DNA from: Hyphochytrium catenoides | Lineage: Eukaryota > Protista > Hyphochytriomycota | Reading direction: 5' to 3' | NCBI GenBank assembly: GCA_900088475.1 | Contig: FLMG01001160.1 | Location: forward strand, 1 to 64,000 | DNA: 64,000 nt | In this document: piece after piece, positions 25,308 through 35,830 of the stretch | Position numbering within the stretch: the stretch's first letter is position 1 | Layout: every line of letters begins with the position of its first letter | The notes under the pieces: generated by a model | The model's input: only the letters and a program-made list of their open reading frames with translations | What the model was told of the DNA's origin: nothing | The model's database searches: none | Translations under genes and position numbers: made by a program

Positions 25308-27267
25308 TTAGAACTGAATGCTGTCAAGCTCTTCCTCGCGCGAACCGCTAGCCTTCGGAGATGGCGACGGTTCAACCCCATCGGGACCGGGAGTTTGAGT
25401 TGCGTCAGTATTAGCCCGCTTTCGCATCTCCTCCTGCGGGAGTGAGTACGAGATAGTGACGTCAGTTCAGAACGCCTGATTAGTTCCAGACACCACAATC
25501 ATGAGCGCTTACTTTTAATTGCGACAAAAGAGAAAACCCAGCTCTTGAGTGGTTGCCTCGAACGTCAAAGTTACTCCCTACATCTAGACCTGGCTCACGA
25601 TGGAAGGAAGATTGTTTGTGGGTTGGAGATGCCCATTCGAAACCATGTTCTCTGTTCCCTGTATTATCTACATGACTCAAGCTGTCCATGTTCCGCAAAG
25701 GCGCGTCCTGGGTTGAGGCAGAGGTTACGCTGTAGGATAAACGTGGGCCATAATTGTCCGCCTGAGTTGAACGGCTGTTGGCTCTATCTGTTGACGCGAG
25801 AGGCCGAGGGTGCCCAAGCTGGCGCTTTTTGTGGCTGCCTGGCTGACCAGCTCGGCCTTGCTTGCTTCCTGGGCCTCTAGTATTATCGCGTGAGTACATC
25901 TCAACCAGTGTTATATACAGCTCCACGTTTGGATGAAGCTCCTTTAGCAAAGCCTGCGCAGAGTACTGCTTAGCCATTTTCTTAGCGAATCCGCTGCCTA
26001 CTCCTACGCGGTTGCCACACGACGCGATGAACTTGAACAAAAACTGGTGAGTTGTCCCAGTTGCTGCCAGCTCTTCGTTGGAACGCTGGGTCTGCTCAGA
26101 CTTATAGTTGACAATGATCCCAGGATTTCTGTTCTGGTACTCTTGCAGGACTTGTGCCGGAGTTTTGATACCAAGTTCAGCGCAGGCGGGCACCACACGA
26201 GGGTCTTCGACCTGTAGACGAATGAATTGACTGATCGTCATATTTTGCGAATTGTTCGTGGAGGTAGGCAACTGCTCTCCATGTAGCGGCGAGAGCACTT
26301 GTCCTTTCGCCTTCAGGTCCTGCCAGAAACCTGGGAGCAGCATATCAAGAGTAGCCTCCGCGGCTAGCTGTTTAGCCATCTTCTTGTTCCCGTACTCAGC
26401 CTTCCCATACTCAATACCATCCAGGTACACTGAGCAGCTATAAGGACAGAGCGGGTCGTCAGCTTCCTTTATGACGTACTTGGGAAGGCACTTGAGCTTT
26501 GTCATCGTATACTCTTGCAAGAAGCTGATAGCCGTCTTTCCCTCCGGGGACGGGATATCGTTCTCACCGTTTCTGAGAGCCTGCCGGCGCGCCTCCTTTG
26601 CCTCCTTCTTCTTCTGCGTCTTCGCAAGCTTCGCCGCTTTATCATTTTGTCCCTGACAGACGTCAGTAGAACTCAGGCCTGAGTCAGCCACAAAGTTTGA
26701 AGATGACCCTTTACTGGCCGAAAAGAGGCTAGCAGCGGAGTCTTCGTCCTTTTGAGCAATAGTGTCCGCGACATCTGGACCATACTCTTGCGCAGTCTCG
26801 ACCGATCGAGCTTTCTTTTCTTTGGATGACAATTCCCCGCCTTTATTTCCCTCTGTTGCATGAAAGCCAGCTCCTCGTTTCCTTTTCAAACCTAGAGAGC
26901 TCTTTTTCAGCGTCTCCATGCAGAGGTCATATATCTCTGTAAAGAGGACCCTAGGGTTGGCCGAGGTGAATGCATTGGAAAGGGTAAAGCTAGGTTGAAA
27001 CGTCCTGAGTGGGGGCGAGTGGATCTCTACATGGTGCTCTGATGGACAAATATATGGTCTGGTCCAGGTGACTACTCTGCTTTCTTGGTGGAAATAGCAC
27101 GTAGTACCACTGATGTGTGACACGGAAGTCCAGCCACGAGGAAGGGTATTTGAGAGCAGGCTACTCTCATAGTCTTGGGCACTATCTGCGTGCGTTCGCC
27201 CCTGCGCTCGATCGGACTCAAGTCCATGTTGTGGTGCGGCCTCGCCAGCAAGACTTTTGCCTTCCAT
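25308..27267 (-). CDS. DGCR8: DGCR8/Pasha-like Microprocessor subunit (WW/Rhed-like region, two dsRBDs, C-terminal helix); exons 27267-25513 and 25433-25308, about 626 aa
   Basis: WW-like LPRGWTSVSHISGTTCYFHQESRVVTWTRPY..HSPPL. dsRBD1 GKTAISFLQEY..PYSCSVYLDGIEYG..KKMAKQLAAEATLDMLLPGF. Linker VEDPRV. dsRBD2 TPAQVLQEYQNRN..KKMAKQYSAQALLKELHPNV..LVEMYSR. The phase-0 intron 25512-25434 (GTAAGC..CGCAG) yields LLSQLK|EEMRKR. Confidence 0.85.
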
Positions 27268-28177
27268 GACTTATGTAAGAAAGCCAGGCTCGCTTATCCT
27301 TTGTCGCTCTTGCTGTTGCTCATAGCCCTGAAGAAAGTCGGGATGTCTAACGGTTTGTTTGAAGGTGTGATTGGTCAGTACTAGAAAATGTCCCCTGTTT
27401 CAAGTCTGCCTGTTTCCAGCGTTCTCCTGCTGAGGCCGGGATGGATCTACTGAAGCTAGTTGACCTCTCTCCTTCATGCCAACAGCCTCTGCTCATCAAC
27501 AAAGTCAAGCTACCCAGTCGACGGCGAGCTGATTGAGGAGGAGCTAAAGCTTCTTCCACCTTAAGAAACCTCGCGCTCCCGTTCTGCGCCACATTTACTC
27601 GTTGTCAGGATGATGCTATCAGAGTGTAAATTGACGAACTCAATTTGCTAAAACTGGCCTTCAAGACGTCAGACATCCTCCCTTCAAACTCCTTGAGCTT
27701 CTTCTAATGGAGTCACCTGTACCCTAGTAGCCAGCGCTGCTCTCCGACTCACTACAGCGACAAAGCCTCCACGTCTTGACATGAGGGCCTCGGTGTACTC
27801 TGAGACGGGGGGGTGGCCCCTTTGAAGATACAGATTCTGGTAGAGGATGACATAGTGAGGAGGAGGTGGTGGTGTGAGCAAATCCGCTGTTTTGCCAGAA
27901 AACAAGTCTTTTCCTACCGCTTGTCAGTGCCAGTGGTGGCGCACACCGTGATGCGGTGGCTTCATCATCTGTGCAGTGCATGATTGAGTGTCTCTTCCCG
28001 TCAGCAGACCCGTCAGCAGACATCCTGAGATCTGTCAGAGCTGTCTCGCCCTCTTTGTTTCTGGAGTTCGATCTTGGCGAACGCAGGAGACAGCTCATCT
28101 CTGTAAGAGCCGCCCGGCTGTCAAGGCTAGCGCGCCGTAGGGAGAGCAGTTGCTAGAACGTGATCAAGGTTGCGACT

Positions 28178-31100
28178 ATGTTGCTGTCAGCTGCTAGAAG
28201 AGGCTTCAGGGCCTTCCCTGGAAGCCAAAGGCCTTTAGCGGTTATCAATGGCCTGGTGGGTTCTAGCATAACACTATCTGCAATAGTCGGCTGACACTTT
28301 CTTGTCACAGGGACCACGACGATACTTGGCAGCAAAAGCGTCCGTTCTGGGCAGTTCGGATCAGTTCATTAACCGCCACATTGGGCCGCGCGATGATGAT
28401 ATCCAAGACATGCTTAAGCTTGTGGGCTTCAAGACGTTGGACGAGCTCATTGATAGTACTGTTCCGCCTCATATTCGACTGGACAATGAACTGAAGCTTC
28501 CCGATCCCAGGACCGAAGCGGAGGCTCTGGAAGAACTGAGGGCCATTGCGTCGAAAAATAAAGTCTATCGATCTTTCATCGGGATGGGCTACTATAACAC
28601 CTTCACCCCAGGCGTTATCCAGAGAAATGTGCTTGAAAATCCGGGTTGGTACACCGCCTACACCCCATATCAAGCTGAAGTGGCACAAGGCAGACTGGAG
28701 TCTTTGTTGAATTATCAGACTATGATCTGCGATATGACTGGCTTCGCAATGGCGAACGCCTCTTTATTGGATGAAGGTAAGAAGTGGCCCGAAGATAGTA
28801 AACTTTAGTCCACTAGATATTCTCACACGATCGGCAGGAACGGCTGCTGCTGAGGCGATGAACATGTGCGTGGGCGCCACCAAGAACAAGAACAAGTTTT
28901 ACGTCGCTGCAGACACTCATCCCCAGACAATAGGAGTCATTGAAACCCGCGCGAACGCCATAGGAATCGAAGTCGTAGTAGGGGATGTGGACAAACTAGA
29001 CCTGGATGCCAAGGACTACTGCGGTGTTCTAGTACAGTATCCTTCTACTTATGGAGACATCCGGAACTACTCGGATCTCGCCGCCAAGGCCAAAGCCTCT
29101 GGAGCCCTCGTCGTCGCAGCAGCAGACCTGCTGTCCCTGGCAATGCTAAAGAGTCCAGCTGAATGGGGTGCCGACATTGCCGTCGGCAGTTCCCAGAGGT
29201 TTGGAGTTCCACTATTCTTTGGTGGACCGCACGCTGGGTACTTGGCCACATCCGACAAATATAGCCGCAAAATGCCTGGTAGAATTATAGGAGTCTCCAT
29301 TGACTCGAATGGCAAGCGTGCCCTGCGGATGGCGATGCAGACTCGCGAGCAGCATATCCGCCGGGATAAGGCGACAAGCAATATCTGCACGGCTCAAGCA
29401 CTCTTGGCCAATATGGCTGGTAAGTGGGAGCTTAAGGCTAGAGGTAGTGACGGAAGGCTATAAGATTGCTGTCCGGTAGAGCGAGACATGGCTAGCGAGA
29501 TTTGAAGAAAAAGTTGTTTATGGCTGCGATAGCTGTAGAGTGGCGTCTTTGTGTACGGCTAACCATTGATGGACGGGGTCAGTAGGAGTGGAGACTTCCT
29601 ATATGCGGGCTAGCCTCTAAACCCACTTCTGAAATAGGATTCTATGCGGTGTACCATGGCCCTGAAGGCATAAAGGAGATTGCCGCTCGTGTAAACAACG
29701 CAACGAACATCTTGGCTGAGGGAATCAAGCAGGCAGGGCATGAGGTGGTGACCAAGAATTTCTTTGATACAATTACAGTGAAGGCAAAAGGGGGATCCGC
29801 GGCTATTGTCAAGGCTCTGACAGCACGGGGCATTAATGTCAGGCCTATCGATGACGAGTGCGTGGGCATTGCCTTGGATGAGACGGTTACAGAGGAGGAC
29901 TTGACCAATCTGATCCAGGGCTTCGGCGTGAAGAATGTTGACTTAGAGGCTCTTGCTAACAAGGCCGGCAGCAGCATTCCCGATGCTCTGCAGAGGAAAA
30001 GCGAGTTTTTGACTCATCCTATCTTCAACACTTACAGGTCAGAGACAAAGATGATGCGCTATATCAAGACGCTTGAGGACAAAGATGTAGGGCTCAATCG
30101 CTCCATGATTGCGCTTGGCTCCTGTACTATGAAGCTGAACGCAGTCAGCGAACTGCAGCCAGTGAGCTGGCCAGAATTCTCTGGAATCCATCCTTTTGTT
30201 CCTGAGGACCAGGTTATGGGGTACACCGAGATGATCGAAACTCTGCATGATGCTCTTGCCAAGATAACGGGCTTCGCTGCTGTGTCCTCACAGCCCAATT
30301 CTGGTGCTCAGGGGGAGTATGCGGGTTTGATGGCTATCCGCTCCTATCNNNNNNNNNNNNNNNNNNNNNNGTGGCCAAGTATATATGGATGGTGCCAATA
30401 TGAATGCCCAGGTGGGTCTGACCAGTCCTGGACACATTGGTGCTGATGTCTGCCACCTTAACTTGCACAAGACGTTCTGCATTCCACATGGTGGAGGGGG
30501 CCCTGGAGTCGGAAGTATTGGCGTGGCAGAGCATTTGGCGCCGTTCCTCCCGGGACACAAAGTCATCCCTTCCGCGGGAGAAGGCAGAAATGTTAAGGTA
30601 CGGCATACTGTTCATTTACTTATTTACTCATCTGCCTCTGCCTACTATTCTTCATCAGTAAAAACATACCTTTCCTATCCAAGCTTTGCTTCACTATTGC
30701 GCATCATTTACCTCATCGCACCTCCAGGAAGTTACCTGAAGCTCTTTTACTGCTCACCTACTAGTCTGGGGTTTTCGCTCTGTGCTTACCAGCGAGCCTC
30801 CCGCGCCCTCATATGTAGGTCAAGCAGGAGGGCGCCATATCAGCAGCACCATATGGTAGTCCAGGCATCCTCCCCATTCCTTGGATGTATATCAGAATGT
30901 GCGGCGCTGAGGGTCTCAAAAAGGCAACAAGCGTGGCCATTCTCAACGCTAACTACATGGCCAAGCGTCTTGCCCCGCACTATGAAATCGCCTTTTTGGG
31001 AAGCAACGGCCAATGCGCTCATGAGTTCATCATTGACATTCGCCCGTTGAAAAAGTTCAACGTCTCCGAAGAGGACATCGCCAAGAGACTACAGGATTTC

Positions 31101-31481
31101 GGCTTCCACAGCCCTACCATGTCCTGGCCGGTGCCAGGCACGTTGATGATTGAGCCCACCGAAAGTGAGGACAGAGAAGAGCTTGACAGGCTGTGTGAGG
31201 CTCTGATCAAGATCAGAAAGGAGATTCAGGATATTGCAGATGGCAAGATCGAGGCGGCCAACTCACCCTTGACCAACGCTCCACACACGGCCGCTCTTGT
31301 CATGAGTGACAAGTGGGATCGCCAGTACTCCAGAGAGCAGGCAGCCTTCCCAGGCTCGTGGCAAAAGGGAGGGGTTGCCAAATTCTGGCCTACTGTAGGA
31401 CGAGTGGACAACGTACATGGTGACCGCAACCTCATTTGCACTTGCCCACCACTAGAAAGTTACGCCGAGGAGGCGGCATGA
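28178..31481 (+). CDS. GLDC: Glycine dehydrogenase (decarboxylating), glycine cleavage system P protein, mitochondrial
   Basis: Presequence [13 protein letters not shown]. Motifs [78 protein letters not shown]-site [41 protein letters not shown] and [11 protein letters not shown]. Confidence 0.97.
30349..30370. other. Assembly gap within GLDC
   Basis: N run. The conserved GcvP segment between AIRSY and [14 protein letters not shown] is missing, so the true gap is probably longer than 22 nt. Confidence 0.95.
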
Positions 31482-31533
31482 TGGAGCTCTGGCTGGGATA
31501 GTTCCTTCCTATAGCACTGAACTGCGGCTATGT

Positions 31534-32130
31534 TCATTGACTAATCTTCCGTAACTTTGTGGGTGTACACACAGAGCAACCCACGGTCATTAGCGTCTGA
31601 AATCGCCTCGCTTGTTCTTGCTCTTGGTCCATTAGAACTCTCCAGTCTCCTTCCGCCAGTGACGGGGTAGACTCTAGCTCGGATTGGGTTCTTTGACTTG
31701 GTCGTTTAGAAAATGATGTCCTTCGCCCAATAGCCTTTTTTTGTCGCAGCAGATCTGACAGTTTCCTTCGAGACTCTTCCTCATCGCGTTGCATGGCGTC
31801 CCAATCTTGTCTGAGCACATGAGGTAGGCTGTTCTTCTCGGCCAGACAATCCTTTTCATTTTGTAAGGTCAAATGCTTAAGCAGCTTCGTAACACTGACG
31901 TCGTGTCCTCCGCGACCGAGATCAGTTCTTTTCGTCTTCTGAGCTCGTGGCCTATCGTTTGCTTTGGCCCTATCTGTGCTGGCTGGTGCTGATTGTAACT
32001 GAGTGTTTCGCAAGAGTTGTCTGGCTTCTTCGATGGTTTCTGCATCTGCCTCTTCGTCTGCTGAGACGCGGAACAAAGAGAGAGATGATCTTACGGTCTC
32101 CATAGCAGCCACACCCTTTGAGCGCTGCAA
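31534..32130 (-). CDS. Hypothetical charged/coiled-coil protein (last exon; upstream exons unresolved)
   Basis: 198-codon open frame preceded by a TTTGCAG acceptor, with helical charged composition. No recognised domain. Confidence 0.4.
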   Translation of the reverse strand: MQRSKGVAAMETVRSSLSLFRVSADEEADAETIEEARQLLRNTQLQSAPASTDRAKANDRPRAQKTKRTDLGRGGHDVSVTKLLKHLTLQNEKDCLAEKNSLPHVLRQDWDAMQRDEEESRRKLSDLLRQKKAIGRRTSFSKRPSQRTQSELESTPSLAEGDWRVLMDQEQEQARRFQTLMTVGCSVCTPTKLRKISQ

Positions 32131-32675
32131 AGTCTATTGGAAGTTGATGAAGAGAAAAAGCCAAGCGGTCTCTGCCTAGGTCGAGACTCACGTTGTAACC
32201 CTCGATCAACCGTAGGCCTCATTCAGATCACTGCTAAACTACACTTCCATGCAGCCTTTGAGACGCCTTCCAGACTCATGACGGTGCCTATAACAAGGCT
32301 CCTCTTTCTGCGGCTGCTGCTGCATCATCCTCATCACCATCTCATCACCAATAGAACTACTACTTGCCGGTGCAAGGCTGAGGGCTGAGGAGCGGTCGCG
32401 GCCCTGGAGGCTGGAGGGTTGCCAGACGAAGGGAATGAAGAGCCACGAGAACAGCAGATCCTTTGAAGCACTCTGACCTGTAGTTCAACATCCACCGTAT
32501 CATATCAGCGATAGAGCGCCTTATATAAGGAATATAACCATCTGCCAGTTATTGTTATCCTTGTAGTAAACACCCACATATTTGACTAAATGTGAGTTAT
32601 AACGTCGGCACAGTGAAGACCTTACTATGTTACAGCTGCGCCGTGAGCCAGCTTCGCATCTTATTTGACAAAGAC

Positions 32676-32784
32676 NNNNNNNNNNNNNNNNNNNNNNNNN
32701 NNNNNNNNNNNNNNNNNNNNNNNNNNNNNNNNNNNNNNNNNNNNNNNNNNNNNNNNNNNNNNNNNNNNNNNNNNNNNNNNNNNN
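32676..32784. other. Assembly gap (N run)
   Basis: Run of n characters. Confidence 0.99.
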
Positions 32785-33211
32785 TCTCTCTCTGCTGTGC
32801 TCAGAATCCTCCTCCTCCTTGTCTGCCAACCTCAAGTCTTCTCGTCCTGCGGGTGATGAGACAGCAGAACAGCAGACAGATCCGAAGTAGCTGGCAGGCA
32901 TCATCTTCCTTGCCTGCACTTGAAGAAGCTGAGCCGTGCAGCCTCTTCCGATTATACAGAAGCCTGTCTCTTATAAGAGTAAGCCCCCTCGTCCGCACCG
33001 TCGCTGAGTGCGCTCCTTGCATCTATAAGAACTCGTAGGGAACAACAGCTAAAAAGGTCCACTCCATTGCGCCACCGAGGGTGGCTAGCACCGGACTGCC
33101 GCTCTTTGAGGGCGAGGTGTGTGGAGGAGATTGCTGGGTGATATGCCAGCTCTTGGTTGCTTTACAGAAGTAGCGTACCGTGCCTCTTAAGCGTGCGCTT
33201 TTTCTACCACG

Positions 33212-35671
33212 ATGGACAGGGAACGGGTGCTGAAGAGAAAGAGGAACAAGTCTGTCTCCTTTGATGAGCGTGGGGCAGATTCGCCTGTCACTACGTCCTC
33301 TTCTTGCAGTCCAGAATATTTGACAGAGAATGTGCAAGGGAATCTAACGAAGGAAACCGCTAAGATTTCTGCTGGAAACGCCGGGAGTGCAGCGCATAAG
33401 CAGGAGTTCGTTCCCGATGATGGGGAGACTACTCGGAGAGTGAGGAAGCGTACGTTCAAGAAAGCTCCTGCTATACTTACTAGCAGTGATGGCACTTCGA
33501 CAAGGTCGACTCCCTCCCCCGCTGCCTCACATTCGTTTAGGGAGGCTAAGGACTTTCGAAGCTGGGAAGTGGGCGAGCGCTACACTATGGTACGACTCCT
33601 TGGGCACGGTTCCTACGGAGAGGTGAGACTCATTAGAAGCCACATCTCAACCTTCACCTTATACTCAAAGCTCTTCTGTGATGCCATTCCTTCACTCTGT
33701 AGGTCGCTGAGGCAGTTGATAAGGAGAGCTCAAAAAGAGTTGCGATCAAGCGCATAGAGAACGTCTTTGATCAGGCTGTCGATGCGAAACGAATCTATAG
33801 AGAGATGTACATCCTTCAGCGGCTGAGGTCAGTCTTTGATGAGTGCACTTCAAGGATGTACTTGCTTTTTTTGCCTCTTTGATCTGACAAGGGCTTCTAA
33901 CACTAGGCATGAGGACGTGATTGCACTGATTGACATTATAAAACCGAAGGACCTTGAGACCTTCAAGCACCTGTACCTTGTGTTTGAGTTCGTGGATACG
34001 GACTTGTACAAGCTCATCTTGAGCCCCCAGTACCTCACAGTGCCCCACATCCAGACCTTTCTCTACCAGATGCTCTGTGGCCTCAAATACATTCACTCCG
34101 CCAACGTCATCCACAGAGACATGAAACCAGCCAACATTCTGTTAAACGAGGACTGCAGTCTGAAGGTACACACGGTGATCCACGTTTAGTTCTGAAGAAG
34201 AGTTTGAGCGACTTTCCTTGTTATAGATCTGTGACTTCGGTTTAGCTCGGGTCATAGACGGTCCGTCCAAGATGGTGAATCCAATGAGCACGGACGGAGG
34301 ACTAGCCGTGGCGGAAGCACCTGATAGTCCCCATCCACCGGTAATATATTTTTGAGTGTTACCATCAGGATAACAGTTTCGTTTCCCTCTCTTCTTTGGC
34401 CCTTAAATACACTCTGCACTGTGATACAAACTGCTTTCTGGACCTACTTACCTTCTCAACCACTATTTGCTGCAGCTAAGGCGCCAGCTTACAAAGCATG
34501 TAGTCACGAGATGGTATAGAGCGCCAGAGCTGATCTTGCTTCAGGTGAGAGTTATATCTATCCCTTTAAGTGGCTACTTTTAATCCTGCCGCCGTTTCCA
34601 GGAATACGGTCCTGCGGTTGATATGTGGAGTGTTGGTTGCATTTTGGCTGAGTTGCTGAGCATGCAGACCGAAAGCCTGCCCAACTACCACGTAAGTGGC
34701 AGTAGCTTCTCTTGCATTTTTTTACTACTTCATATTTGACGGCGAGTAGTGACGCCATTGGACCATGGATAGCTGCTCTAGTGCTCACAATTCTTGAATT
34801 TGTACAGGATCGGTCTCCGCTCTTTCCAGGTAAAACTTGCTTTCCCCTAAGTGCCGATATGCCTAACAGCTATTCCGATAAGGTGGGTACCCAGCTTTTC
34901 CCCCGACTTTTTTGGTATTCGCACAATAGCTGTAACCTGACTGAACTCTCCAGCTCGATCAACTCAACGTGATCTTTGACGTATTGGGCACCCCAGCAGA
35001 GGATGACATAGAGAGCTTAGGAGAGGTCTGAACTCCCGTCCCTTAACTTCTTTCTACCTTCATCATTATTCTTACTCTCTCCCCTTCGGTAGGTAAGACA
35101 GTACCTCAGAAAGTTGCCTAAGAAAGGAGGGAAGTCCTTTGCCAAGATGTATCCTGGGGCTCCTCCTGAGGCCATTGATCTACTTTGCAAGATGCTTCAG
35201 TTCAACCCCGATAAAAGAATAACGGTAAGACAGCAAAATTGTGTTGGAGCCCAAACGCAGCCAAAAAGCAATATTCTGAAGGACCAGCTAGAGAAAGAAA
35301 ACTTTTGCCAGCGCCCTTACACATGATACGTCGACTAAGTCGTTACGGACAACTTCAGGTGGACGAGGCACTCTCCCATAAGTTTCTGCAGCAAATTAGA
35401 AAGCCAGAAAGAGAGGTACGAATAGTCTAAGCATCCTTCTCTGTCCGTTATCGCATCGAACCTGACTACCGTTAAACTTGCATTCTGCAGAAAGTATGTG
35501 AGCAGCGGATTGTGATGGACTTTGAAGATAAAGATTTGTCTAAAGAGGAGCTGAAAGGTAAGCACGCTGGCACCAACGCCACATTACGCGATCGGACTAA
35601 GGCCCACCATCCTAGCTCTTGTTTATCAAGAGGTTCAGCGCTGCAACGAAAAAAGCCCATCAAAGGCTTAG
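33212..35671 (+). CDS. Mitogen-activated protein kinase with atypical T-K-H activation loop, multi-exon
   Basis: Motifs [104 protein letters not shown] and AIDLLCKMLQFNPDKRIT. Confidence 0.93.
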
Positions 35672-35830
35672 CCCAGGACCATCCTCGAAGCCAAATATCG
35701 AGTGGACTAGCTTCTGAACTCTCCTAGAGCATCCATGCCACCCTAGACTTTAGCGTGTTACCTAGTTCTCCTGTGCCATAGTAACCGCGGCATTATTGCA
35801 AGTATTAAATTAAAAGGCGCTTGCTGCATT

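Noticed and set aside
27270-28100. Short minus-strand ORFs upstream of DGCR8 (extra 5' exons or a separate gene)
   Set aside because: There is an in-frame stop just upstream of the DGCR8 ATG region and no recognisable domain. I could not build a convincing model.
30340-30390. Apparent frameshift or deletion in GLDC suggesting a pseudogene
   Set aside because: It coincides exactly with an N gap, and the rest of the gene is intact.
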